Source: Candidatus Micrarchaeota archaeon (GTDB lineage: Archaea > Micrarchaeota > Micrarchaeia > Norongarragalinales > Norongarragalinaceae). Taken from it: 36,443 bases of DNA. This document shows, piece by piece, positions 16,604 through 25,097 of the stretch (positions within the stretch are counted from its first letter, which is position 1; each line of letters opens with the position of its first letter). A program made the translations under genes and the position numbers. The stretch is taken from assembly GCA_043799765.1 (NCBI GenBank), contig JAZDNL010000037.1, positions 1 through 36,443 on the forward strand, given 5' to 3'. Below the pieces are notes generated by a model, which made no database searches, was not told where the DNA came from, and was given only the letters and a program-made list of their open reading frames with translations.

Positions 16604-17738
16604 GTTTTTCAGCCTCTTTTCTCGCCCACGCGTCCGCCGCGAGTATCTCCTCCAGCGACGGCGACGAAACCGCGCGGTGCGCGGCAACTACCCTGCTTAC
16701 GGTTCCCGGAATGTCCATGAAACCGATTTTCTTGTTCAGGAAAGCAAAAACCGCGATTTCGTTCGCCGCGTTCATCACCGCGGGAACGGTTCCGCCCTTT
16801 TCGCCCGCGTTCAGCGCAATTCGGAAGCACGGGAACCGCTCCTCGTCGATTTTCTTGAACGTAAGGGAGCCGACTTCCGCCAGGTTCAGCCGCTTCAACG
16901 AGGGGTTCGGCAGGCGTTCGGGATAGGAAAGCGCGTACTGGATCGGCAGGCGCATGTCCGGCAAACCAAGTTGTGCCATCACCGACGTGTCCTCGAACTC
17001 CACGAGCGAATGAATCACGCTCTGCGGATGGATTACCGCCTCGATTTTTCCGTAAGGCACGCCGTAAAGCCAGTGCGCTTCTATCACTTCCAACCCCTTG
17101 TTCATCAGCGTCGCGGAATCAATCGTGATTTTCCCGCCCATCGCCCAGTTTGGGTGCTTGAGCGCCTGTTCGGGCGTTGCCTTCTCCATCTGCTCAAGCG
17201 TCCAGCCGCGGAACGAGCCTCCCGACGCCGTGATTATGATGCGCGCTATTGCCTTCCAGTTCTCGCCGTGTAGGCACTGGAAAATCGCGGAGTGCTCGCT
17301 GTCTATCGGCATGAGCGTGACGTCCTCCTTCTTAACGAGAGGCATCACGACGCTTCCGCCTGCGACCAGCGTCTCCTTGTTCGCGAGCGCGACGTTTTTC
17401 TTCGCCTTGATTGCGGCGACTGTTGGCTTCAGCCCGGCTGCGCCGACAATCGCGGTGACGACGGTATCGCAGCCGTCCATCGTCGCCAGCGCGCGCAAGC
17501 CGTCCTCGCCGTGGAGGATTTCAATTGACGGAAGCTTGGAGCGCAGCTTTTTCGCATCCTCCTCCTTTGAAACGCAAACCGCCTTGGGTTTAAACTGCTT
17601 CGCCTGTTTTTCAATAAGTTCGACGTTCCCGCCGGCACTAAGTCCGACTATTTTAAATTTTTCAGGGAAGCGGCTGGCGACGTCCAGCGTCTGGGTGCCG
17701 ATGGAGCCCGTTGAACCGAGAACGCACAAGCGCTTCAT
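16587..17738 (-). CDS. dxr: 1-deoxy-D-xylulose 5-phosphate reductoisomerase (Dxr/IspC)
   Basis: MKRLCVLGSTGSIGTQTLDV, LANKETLV, PIDSEHSAIFQC and NAANE motifs. The ATG at 17738 overlaps the dxs stop (ATGA); the 106-aa upstream extension is Arg-rich noise. Confidence 0.9.
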   Translation of the reverse strand: MKRLCVLGSTGSIGTQTLDVASRFPEKFKIVGLSAGGNVELIEKQAKQFKPKAVCVSKEEDAKKLRSKLPSIEILHGEDGLRALATMDGCDTVVTAIVGAAGLKPTVAAIKAKKNVALANKETLVAGGSVVMPLVKKEDVTLMPIDSEHSAIFQCLHGENWKAIARIIITASGGSFRGWTLEQMEKATPEQALKHPNWAMGGKITIDSATLMNKGLEVIEAHWLYGVPYGKIEAVIHPQSVIHSLVEFEDTSVMAQLGLPDMRLPIQYALSYPERLPNPSLKRLNLAEVGSLTFKKIDEERFPCFRIALNAGEKGGTVPAVMNAANEIAVFAFLNKKIGFMDIPGTVSRVVAAHRAVSSPSLEEILAADAWARKEAEKHVSKA

Positions 17739-19603
17739 TTTCCGCACAACCTTTCGATTCCCTTGAGAACCCCTTCCTTGTTCAGACCATACTGCGCGAG
17801 GAGGATGTCCGGCGCGCCGTGCTCGATGAACTCGTCGGGATAGCCGAGGCAGTGCACCTTCGCTGCGATTCCCTGGCGCGCAAGCAGCTCGAGAATCTCG
17901 CTCCCGAATCCGCCCGCAAGAACGCCGTCCTCGACAGTGAGCACGTGCCCCGTCTTTTTCGCGTATTCCAGGATGAGCGTTTCGTCTAGCGGCTTGATGT
18001 ACTGCGGATCTATTACGGCGACGGAACGTTTCGACTCTTTTGCCGCCTCGAGGCAAACGTTCGCCATTACTCCCACTCCGATCAACACGGCGTCATTTCC
18101 ATCTTTCATCAGGTGGGCCTTTCCGAAAGGCATTTCCTTGAACTCCTTCTTCAGCGGCAAGCCCGGCCCGGAACCGCGCGGGTAGCGCACCACAACGGGG
18201 CCGTTGTGCTTGACGGCGGTGTAAAGCATGTCCTGCAGCTGCGGCTCGTTTGACGCCGACATTATCACCAAGTTCGGAACCGAACGCAGGAATGAGATGT
18301 CGAAAACCCCGTGATGCGTCGGCCCGTCGTCGCCGACTATTCCCGCCCTGTCGATTGCGAACGTTACGGGAAGGTTTTGCAGACAGACGTCGTGTATCAG
18401 CTGGTCGTAGGCGCGCTGGAGGAACGAGGAATACACCGCCACAACTGGGTGCAGGCCGTTTGAAGCCATTCCCGCCGCGAACGTAACGGCGTGCTGCTCC
18501 GCGATTCCCACGTCGAAGAAGTTCTCGGGGAACGCTTCCGCGAGTTTTATGGTCCCCGTTCCCGACGGCATCGCGGCGGTTATGCCCACTATTTTCTTGT
18601 CCTGCCTTACGAGCTCTACTAGCGTCTCGCCGAACACGTCCTGGAACGCGGGCTTGCCCTTTGCCTTGACGGGCTTGCCGCTTTCGGGATCAAAAGGGGC
18701 GCAGCCGTGGAAGCGCGGCAGGTCGTCCTCGGCGTATTCGCATCCCTTGCCCTTCTGCGTGATGACGTGAAGCAGCACGGGGCCGCGCATCTTCTTTATC
18801 ATTTCAAACGTTTCTATGAGTTTCGCGATGTCGTGCCCGTCAATCGGCCCGACGTACGTGAAGCCCAGTTCCTCGAAAACCAGGCCGCTCGTCAGAACCG
18901 TAAGCGCGGCTTCCCTCAAGCGGCGCACGGTGTCCACCAATTCCTTCTGCTCAGGAGGAATCTGGGACAGCATGTAGTAGATGTCCTGCCGCACGCGGTT
19001 GTACACGGGCCAGTTCGGCACTTTTTTCGCGAGCCGGTTGGTGTAGAACGACATCGCGCCGACGTTCGGCGATATGGACATGAAGTTGTCGTTCAGGATT
19101 ACGATCAGGTCGGTTCCGCGGTGCCCCGCCTGGTTCAGCGCCTCGAAGGACATCCCGCCGGTCATTGCGCCGTCGCCTATCACCGCAAGAACCTTGTAGT
19201 TCTCGCCTTTCATGTCGCGCGCCTGCGCTATGCCGAGCGCCGCGGATATGGACGTGGACGCGTGCCCCGTGCCGAAAACGTCGTGCTCGCTCTCGCACAT
19301 CTTGGGGAACCCGCTGATGCCCTTGTGCTGCCGTATCGTGCCGAAGCGTTCCCGCCTTCCCGTGAGGAGCTTGTGCACGTAGCACTGGTGCCCGACGTCC
19401 CAGACGAATTTATCGCGGGGCGAGTTGAAGACGTAGTGCATGGCTATGGTGAGCTCGACAACGCCGAGATTCGGCGCGAGGTGCCCGCCGGTGACGGACA
19501 CCGTCTTGATTATGGTCTCCCTTATCTCGGCGGCAAGCTTCGGCAGCTCCGCCGCCGAAAGCCGCTTCAAGTCGCTAGGGGAGTCTATGTTTTCCAGAAG
19601 CAT
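17735..19603 (-). CDS. dxs: 1-deoxy-D-xylulose-5-phosphate synthase (Dxs)
   Basis: GGHLAPNLGVVELT, WDVGHQCY, GTGHASTSISAALG and the IGDGAMTGGM ThDP motif. 622 aa. Confidence 0.92.
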   Translation of the reverse strand: MLLENIDSPSDLKRLSAAELPKLAAEIRETIIKTVSVTGGHLAPNLGVVELTIAMHYVFNSPRDKFVWDVGHQCYVHKLLTGRRERFGTIRQHKGISGFPKMCESEHDVFGTGHASTSISAALGIAQARDMKGENYKVLAVIGDGAMTGGMSFEALNQAGHRGTDLIVILNDNFMSISPNVGAMSFYTNRLAKKVPNWPVYNRVRQDIYYMLSQIPPEQKELVDTVRRLREAALTVLTSGLVFEELGFTYVGPIDGHDIAKLIETFEMIKKMRGPVLLHVITQKGKGCEYAEDDLPRFHGCAPFDPESGKPVKAKGKPAFQDVFGETLVELVRQDKKIVGITAAMPSGTGTIKLAEAFPENFFDVGIAEQHAVTFAAGMASNGLHPVVAVYSSFLQRAYDQLIHDVCLQNLPVTFAIDRAGIVGDDGPTHHGVFDISFLRSVPNLVIMSASNEPQLQDMLYTAVKHNGPVVVRYPRGSGPGLPLKKEFKEMPFGKAHLMKDGNDAVLIGVGVMANVCLEAAKESKRSVAVIDPQYIKPLDETLILEYAKKTGHVLTVEDGVLAGGFGSEILELLARQGIAAKVHCLGYPDEFIEHGAPDILLAQYGLNKEGVLKGIERLCGK

Positions 19604-19627
19604 AGACAGGATTAGGGCTTCCGAAAC

Positions 19628-19634
19628 AATAAAA
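19628..19634 (-). promoter_or_regulatory. TATA-like box for the dxs-dxr-ispG-ispD-ispF operon
   Basis: TTTTATT on the minus strand, about 28 nt upstream of ATG 19603. Confidence 0.4.
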
Positions 19635-19685
19635 CCCTTTCGCCAAACGTCAATCGTCCCTACGTCTTTTGACGAAGGAAGGCGA

Positions 19686-19692
19686 TTTAAAA
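19686..19692 (+). promoter_or_regulatory. TATA-like box for the EamA-like gene
   Basis: TTTAAAA, 27 nt upstream of ATG 19716. Confidence 0.45.
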
Positions 19693-19715
19693 CACGCCTG
19701 CGTTGTTTTGAGCGT

Positions 19716-20132
19716 ATGGAAAGCTGGCTGCTCTACGCGCTCGGCGCGATGCTTCTTCTGGCAGGAGGGAACTTCGCCTTCAAGATACTCGCGAAGGACT
19801 TCAATTTCGCGAACACGCTGGAGAACAAGACCGTGCCGATAGCGCTCATAGCGCTCGGATGCGGCGCGGCAATCTACTTCCTCGTTTTCCCGAACGCGCC
19901 GCCCGCGCTGCTCACTTGGCTCGCAGCGGCGGTCATATGCTCGGTGCTGGGCTACTTCCTGGTAATCGCCTCGCTCAATACGGGCAACGTGGCGCTCGTC
20001 AGCGCGGTGCTGAGCTTGGGCACCATCGTGCTTGCGCTGGCATCCGTGAAATTCCTGGGCGAAACGTTCACGCCCACTCAGGCGGTGGCGATGCTGCTGG
20101 CCGTCTGTAGCGTCGCGATACTGGCTCTCTGA
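19716..20132 (+). CDS. Small EamA/DMT-like membrane protein (single 4-TM EamA-type domain)
   Basis: The ATG at 19716 (MESWLLYALGAMLLLAGGNFAFK) lies 27 nt after a TTTAAAA box. About 138 aa, four hydrophobic helices. The upstream part of ORF 19440.. overlaps dxs in antisense. Confidence 0.6.
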   Translation: MESWLLYALGAMLLLAGGNFAFKILAKDFNFANTLENKTVPIALIALGCGAAIYFLVFPNAPPALLTWLAAAVICSVLGYFLVIASLNTGNVALVSAVLSLGTIVLALASVKFLGETFTPTQAVAMLLAVCSVAILAL

Positions 20133-20135
20133 AAA

Positions 20136-20387
20136 CTAGCGCTTCTTGTGCACGATGCCGGCGCGGGTCATGTGCGCCAGCTTCTTCGGTCCGGTGTCGC
20201 CGCTGCCGTCGTCCCCGCCGTTCTTGGCGATGGTGATTTGTTCGTCAATCCAGTCCTTGGCAATTCCCTGGGTTTTCATCTCCTTCTGGCAGTCGTCCTT
20301 GAGCGCGCAGGACTCGCATACGCGCCAGTAGGCGCACTGAAACAGCCACTTGCGGATAACCTTTTTCTTTTTGTCTATTGCGACCAT
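20136..20387 (-). CDS. Small hypothetical protein with a C-X5-C-X2-C-X5-C cluster
   Basis: MVAIDKKKKVIRKWLFQCAYWRVCESCALKDDCQ... The K/D/E-rich composition looks protein-like, unlike the shadow ORFs. A TATATATA box lies about 25 nt upstream of ATG 20387. Confidence 0.5.
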   Translation of the reverse strand: MVAIDKKKKVIRKWLFQCAYWRVCESCALKDDCQKEMKTQGIAKDWIDEQITIAKNGGDDGSGDTGPKKLAHMTRAGIVHKKR

Positions 20388-20408
20388 GCCCTGCACCCCA
20401 CCCTAGAG

Positions 20409-20416
20409 TATATATA
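20409..20416 (-). promoter_or_regulatory. TATA box for the small Cys-cluster gene
   Basis: TATATATA, about 25 nt upstream of ATG 20387. Confidence 0.4.
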
Positions 20417-20429
20417 CTCACAGAAGAAG

Positions 20430-21374
20430 TTAATATATCTTGCTATTGGTGAGTAGTAACAACTTGGAGAGCCTGATGCACTCCGCCAGCGCTGCAGACG
20501 TTTTCTCGGGCTTCCCCCTTGCCCCGCCAACCGCCTCGTGCCCGCCGCCGCTCCCGGCAAAGGAGCGCCCCGCCTTTTCCATTATTTTCCCGACATTCCC
20601 CTTGGCTGACGGTCTTTTCGCACCCGAAATCCGCCCGTCCTTCGGGTTGGCGACGAAAGCGAAGTCAGCGCCGGCATCGGTCAGCGCCAAAGCAGCGCCC
20701 AACTCGAACGAACCGGCGTTGCTCCACGCAACCATGCCGTTCCCAGCTTTTTCGAACTGCGCCCTCTGCATCGCCTTCAGGACCGCGATCTTCTGCGACA
20801 AGTCCGGCTCCTCGCGAACAAAGGCGGCTGTTTTCGCGTAGTCGGCCTTCTTCAGCAGTTCCGCGACAATCGGGAACGTGGCGGCGTTCGCGCCTGCGAA
20901 AAAGGCGGTGTCGGAAAGGATGCCCGCCAGAAGAAGGGAGGACTGCTTCGGATTTAGCTGCATCTTCATCTCCTTGGCGAGCAGGAATATGGCTTCGCAC
21001 GTGCTGGCTGCCCCTCGCTCGACGTGGACGTAACCGCGCACATGGTTGGAATGGAAGTGATGGTCTATGGCGACGACGCGTTTCCCCTCCAAACGCAACC
21101 CCCCGAGCAGGTCGGGGTTGCTCACGTCCACGAGGATGACGTTGTCGGCGTCCGCGGGAGAAGCGGAGGGCAGAGGGATGTGCAACGCTTCAAGGACTTG
21201 GCGGGCTTGTCTGTTCGCCGTGTCCACCAAATGAACGGACGCCTTCACGCCCTTCTTCGCGAGCAACTCCCGCATCACCAAAGCTCCCGCGAGCGCGTCG
21301 ACGTCTGCAATCGAGTGGGGGTAAATCGCGGTTTTCCCTTTCAGCGACAGCAATTCCTTCGCGAGCCGCTTCAT
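20430..21374 (-). CDS. DHH/DHHA1 family phosphoesterase (NrnA/RecJ-like)
   Basis: DVDALAG, ILVDVSN, VAIDHH, GILSDTAFF and GGGHEAVGGA motifs. The ATG at 21374 (MKRLAKELL) lies 25 nt from a TTTAAAA box; the TTG at 21392 is the alternative start. Confidence 0.8.
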   Translation of the reverse strand: MKRLAKELLSLKGKTAIYPHSIADVDALAGALVMRELLAKKGVKASVHLVDTANRQARQVLEALHIPLPSASPADADNVILVDVSNPDLLGGLRLEGKRVVAIDHHFHSNHVRGYVHVERGAASTCEAIFLLAKEMKMQLNPKQSSLLLAGILSDTAFFAGANAATFPIVAELLKKADYAKTAAFVREEPDLSQKIAVLKAMQRAQFEKAGNGMVAWSNAGSFELGAALALTDAGADFAFVANPKDGRISGAKRPSAKGNVGKIMEKAGRSFAGSGGGHEAVGGARGKPEKTSAALAECIRLSKLLLLTNSKIY

Positions 21375-21395
21375 GGGAAAAGAAGGGAGCAAGGG

Positions 21396-21402
21396 TTTAA
21401 AA
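21396..21402. promoter_or_regulatory. Single central TTTAAAA box shared by divergent genes (DHH phosphoesterase and the 346-aa membrane protein)
   Basis: The 50-bp spacer places the box 25 nt from ATG 21374 (minus) and 26 nt from GTG 21425 (plus). Confidence 0.45.
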
Positions 21403-21424
21403 TCGCCCTTGCCGAAAGGAATTC

Positions 21425-22465
21425 GTGATACTCGACGCGCAGGCGCTCGAAGCGAAACTGACGCCCGAGGCGGCGCTCTCCATCATACAGAAGTCGCTTG
21501 CGCAGAAGGGCTGGAAGAAGCACGAGGTTGCGGACATCAAGCTCGTGTACACGCCGTTCTGGACTTTTTCGTTCGACGTGGTCACGGGCGGGCAGGGTCC
21601 GACGCCGACCGGGCGCACGGCGCTCAACGCCTTTTCGGGAGAACTCAACGACTTGGTGCCGATTATCCTCGACCGCCCGATAAAGCGCTCTAAAACCGCG
21701 CAGGAGGGCGCCGAGGTGGAAAGCACAAGCGTCTCGCAGCACGAGGCGAAGGACACCGCCGCCATGAAGATAGCCGCGCACGTGGGCGGAATCACGAAGG
21801 ACATGATTTCGGTTTCGGCGCTGAACAAGATTTACGTTCCCTTTTATCGGGTTTGGGTGAACGTCAGCGACGACACCTACAAGATAGAGGTGGACGCGGC
21901 TATGGGCGCGCCGATGGGGCTCGATGAGATACCGACGCGCCAGAAGGGCTGGGACGAAGCCACCTCGGAAACCATAGACAGGATGAAATCCCCGAAAGGC
22001 TGGGCCGAACTCGGTGCGAAAACTGCAGGCGCGGCAGTAGGCGCAACCAAGCCGGGCGGGGAGAACACGCGCTACATCATACTCGGGCTCGTAATCCTCG
22101 TGCTCCTCTGGTTCGTGTTCGGCCGCGGAAGCGCGGGCGATGTCTCTTGCAAGCTCGACGACAACTATCTCGGCTCGCCGCAGTTCCTCGGGCTTTTCGG
22201 CGCTAAACCGATAGAGCCCGCCTACGGAATCAACAGCACGCTTTACGTCAGGGGGCAGTGCGACATCGCCAACAGGGGCACGGCTCCGATTCCCGTGGTC
22301 ATTGTTTCAATCGGCATAAAGAACGGCGACATCGCCATAGCGAGGAACACTATAGTCGCCAGGGACATCCCGGCAACCACGTCCGGCGCAACTCAGAAGA
22401 AATTCGAGCTCAACTGGACGAATACCGGCGCGACGGACTTCTCATTCGAATACGAAAAGCTTTAG
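21425..22465 (+). CDS. Hypothetical single-pass membrane protein with an internally duplicated N-terminal module
   Basis: 346 aa with one TM segment (YIILGLVILVLLWFVF, aa ~216-232). Two similar modules end in LVYTPFWTFSFDV and IYVPFYRVWVNV. I recognise no family. Confidence 0.55.
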   Translation: MILDAQALEAKLTPEAALSIIQKSLAQKGWKKHEVADIKLVYTPFWTFSFDVVTGGQGPTPTGRTALNAFSGELNDLVPIILDRPIKRSKTAQEGAEVESTSVSQHEAKDTAAMKIAAHVGGITKDMISVSALNKIYVPFYRVWVNVSDDTYKIEVDAAMGAPMGLDEIPTRQKGWDEATSETIDRMKSPKGWAELGAKTAGAAVGATKPGGENTRYIILGLVILVLLWFVFGRGSAGDVSCKLDDNYLGSPQFLGLFGAKPIEPAYGINSTLYVRGQCDIANRGTAPIPVVIVSIGIKNGDIAIARNTIVARDIPATTSGATQKKFELNWTNTGATDFSFEYEKL

Positions 22466-22480
22466 GTGGGTTGAAGGAAG

Positions 22481-23314
22481 ATGCAGGCGGAATCACCGAA
22501 GTATCCGTTTCTTTCCGCGTCGGGAAGCGTGGGGGGCGAGCTGAAGGAGGACGACATAGAGCGCGCCGCCGCGTTCCTGATGGACGCGCTGGCCGGAAGA
22601 ACGCACGTCCCTTCCACGAAAACATACGCTCTCTCCCGATTGCTCCTGCATGCGCTCGACGACGGCTGGGCGTACGGGAAGTTCGCCGATTCCATGGCGA
22701 AAACAATCCGGGATGAGGATGTCGCGGAGGTTGCGCGCGATTTCTTCCCTTCCTTCTCGCATGGCAGAATCCCGCTTCCCGAATACCTGAAAGGCGGAGG
22801 CTCGCTTTCCGGCGCGGCGCTTGAAAAGGGATTCGTCTCCGTCGACGCCGACGAATTGCGCTCGTTGGTGCGAAACGCGGTTCGGAAAAAAATACTCGAC
22901 TTCAGGAACGCCCGCCGCGACCTCATACCCAAGCGCGTGCTCGAAATCGCTGAGGAGTTGCGGAAGAAGCTGCCTAAGCCGTCGCACGTCGCGGCGCGCG
23001 GAAAGAATCTGGAGCTTCCGTGCGTGCAGGTCCTTCTGAAAGGGGAGCCCGAGGGTTCGCGCTATTACGGCGCAATGGCGCTCGCCATTGCTTGCGTCCG
23101 CGACGGGGTTTCGAAGGAGGCGGCGCTTGAAATAATGGAGGACTATTCCGGACGGTGCGCCCACGGCTCCCATCCCTTTTCGGCGCGGGAGGCGCGCGAC
23201 GTGGCGGAATGGGTTTACCGCCATCCCAACGTCCGTTTTTCGTGCAGGCGCATGCAGGACAACAACCTCGCGCCTGCCGGGCTTTGCGAAAAATGCAGGT
23301 GGAAGCCCCGATGA
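22481..23314 (+). CDS. priL: DNA primase large subunit PriL (putative)
   Basis: N-terminal KYPFL. The C-terminal segment ELPCVQVLLKG..SRYYGAMALAIACVRDGVSKEAALEIM plus further Cys residues (GRCAHG, FSCRR, CEKC) resembles the PriL Fe-S domain. ATGA-coupled to priS. Confidence 0.65.
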   Translation: MQAESPKYPFLSASGSVGGELKEDDIERAAAFLMDALAGRTHVPSTKTYALSRLLLHALDDGWAYGKFADSMAKTIRDEDVAEVARDFFPSFSHGRIPLPEYLKGGGSLSGAALEKGFVSVDADELRSLVRNAVRKKILDFRNARRDLIPKRVLEIAEELRKKLPKPSHVAARGKNLELPCVQVLLKGEPEGSRYYGAMALAIACVRDGVSKEAALEIMEDYSGRCAHGSHPFSAREARDVAEWVYRHPNVRFSCRRMQDNNLAPAGLCEKCRWKPR

Positions 23315-24405
23315 CTGACAATTACGTGCGCGAACGGATTGCGTGGTTCTATTCGCGCTTCGAAAATCCGCCGCACGACGTGGCGAAGCGCGAATTCGGG
23401 TTCGGATGGAACTCCAAGATAGACCAGAGGCACAAATCCTTCCCGTCCCCCAGGGAGTTGAAGGAATTCCTGCGCCGCGAATCGCCGCTTTACGCGTCCT
23501 ATTCCGTCGCCTATTACCAGATTCCCGACGCCCGCCCCATGCAGCGCAAGGGCTTTCTCGGCGCGGAACTCGCTTTCGACATAGACAAGCCGAGAGTGGG
23601 CGAGCACGAACACAACGGAATAATATGCCCAGTGTGTTTGGATGCGGCAAGGCAGGACGCGCTACAACTTCTTGAGGAATATCTGCTCGGCGACTTCGGC
23701 TTTTCCCACTCGGAAATAACCGCCAACTTCTCGGGCAGCAAGGGCTACCACCTGCACGTGGATTCGGAAGCAGTCAGGCAGCTGGGTTCAGATGCACGTC
23801 GGGAACTAGTCGAGTATGCTTCGGAACCCCGCGGCGAACTTCTCGTCGAGGAGGAAATCCTCGGCGACGCGAGGGAGTTCTACGAGGAAAGGAAGAAGGG
23901 CATATCCAAGCTGATAACCGGCCCGGGGGAGAAGGCGCGCGGCTGGGGGAAGAAGCTTTACGACGAAGCTGTTGTCGCGTTGAAGGCGTCCTCTATTGAA
24001 GAAGAGAAAAGGAAGCTCGCACTCGAAAACCTGCGGCGCGGAAACTACGGCGCGGTCAAGGGCACGGAGAAGATATGGGAGAAGGCGCTTGCCGCGGCGA
24101 AGCAGAAGCACGCCCTCGTGCTGGACAAGCAGGTTACGCTGGACACCGCCAGGCTCATCAGGCTTCCGGAAACCATACACGGAGGGACGGGATTGGTTGC
24201 CAAGAAATGCGATCTCCGCTCATTCGATCCGCTGAAGGATGCGCTCGCCTTCCCCGAAAAAACCATGGTGCGCGTCAAACCCAACAAAACCGCGTCGTTT
24301 GAAATGATGGGCAGGACGTTCGAGGTCAAGGAAGGCGTTGCCCTCGATTTGCCCGAGCCTGCTGCGATGCTTTTGCTCCTGAAGGGATACGCTGCGCTCG
24401 CGTAA
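23311..24405 (+). CDS. priS: DNA primase small (catalytic) subunit PriS
   Basis: ELAFDIDKP (catalytic Asp pair), a zinc knuckle CPVCLD, SGSKGYHLHV and VTLDTARLIRLPETIHGGTG motifs. Start at ATG 23311. Confidence 0.88.
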   Translation: MTDNYVRERIAWFYSRFENPPHDVAKREFGFGWNSKIDQRHKSFPSPRELKEFLRRESPLYASYSVAYYQIPDARPMQRKGFLGAELAFDIDKPRVGEHEHNGIICPVCLDAARQDALQLLEEYLLGDFGFSHSEITANFSGSKGYHLHVDSEAVRQLGSDARRELVEYASEPRGELLVEEEILGDAREFYEERKKGISKLITGPGEKARGWGKKLYDEAVVALKASSIEEEKRKLALENLRRGNYGAVKGTEKIWEKALAAAKQKHALVLDKQVTLDTARLIRLPETIHGGTGLVAKKCDLRSFDPLKDALAFPEKTMVRVKPNKTASFEMMGRTFEVKEGVALDLPEPAAMLLLLKGYAALA

Positions 24406-24426
24406 TTAGTTAAACGTCGGCGCGCC

Positions 24427-25035
24427 TCAAAGGGGATGCACCGCGCACAATAATGCCCTCAGCAGTTCGCTCCTATAGTGGACTGGGGCAACAATGTCGC
24501 CGTGGGATATCATAAGCGGAGGACCCCCGACACGGCCGGCAACGGGCCATACCAGTATCAGCCCCGTTCCCTTTTTTTTGTCTATCACGGGATAGACGAG
24601 GCCTCCTTTGAATTCATTCTTGAGGCGCATCGCAGTAGGCACCATGTTGATGCGGCTTTTGAAATCGATGTGAATCGAATCATCCTGCAGCCGCGCGGCA
24701 GATTCGAGGTTGGTGCCTGAAAGCGGCACCCGGACGCTTTCCCGCTTCGCGGCGAGCATGTCGAGCGCATCCTCAATTTTCATCGCCGAAACGGACAGCT
24801 CCTTGGGGCTGAAATAGCCGGGCGGCGCGCCTCCGGGCTCGCCGGAGAACAGTTGCGCGATCATGGCGCGCCCTGTCTTGTTCGTTGGAAACCAGTCAAA
24901 CGCGTCCAGCAGTCCCTGCTCCCGCAAGCCGGGCTTTCTTCCAAGTCTTTTCTCGGAGAAGAGGCGGGCGACAGCTATCCATTTTTGCGAGGACAGTTCA
25001 CGCACCGCAGACGGCTTGACACGTTTCATTGCCAT
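24427..25035 (-). CDS. Hypothetical protein
   Basis: 202-aa ORF with normal amino-acid composition. ATG 25035 lies about 26 nt from a TATTTAAAA box. I see no recognisable motifs. Confidence 0.5.
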   Translation of the reverse strand: MAMKRVKPSAVRELSSQKWIAVARLFSEKRLGRKPGLREQGLLDAFDWFPTNKTGRAMIAQLFSGEPGGAPPGYFSPKELSVSAMKIEDALDMLAAKRESVRVPLSGTNLESAARLQDDSIHIDFKSRINMVPTAMRLKNEFKGGLVYPVIDKKKGTGLILVWPVAGRVGGPPLMISHGDIVAPVHYRSELLRALLCAVHPL

Positions 25036-25056
25036 GAAAATATGCGGGAGCGCGCC

Positions 25057-25065
25057 TATTTAAAA
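25057..25065. promoter_or_regulatory. TATTTAAAA box between the divergent hypothetical gene and the GINS gene
   Basis: 26 nt from ATG 25035 (minus). A second box ATAAAAG (25074..25080) lies closer to ATG 25098 (plus). Confidence 0.4.
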
Positions 25066-25097
25066 CGCAACGCATAAAAGGCGCGACGCCGAAGAAG

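Noticed and set aside
16359-17273. 304-aa plus-strand ORF
   Set aside because: It is antisense to ispG and dxr.
18707-19615. 302-aa plus-strand ORF
   Set aside because: It is antisense to dxs.
22493-23650. 385-aa minus-strand ORF
   Set aside because: It is antisense to priL and priS. It is extremely Arg-rich.
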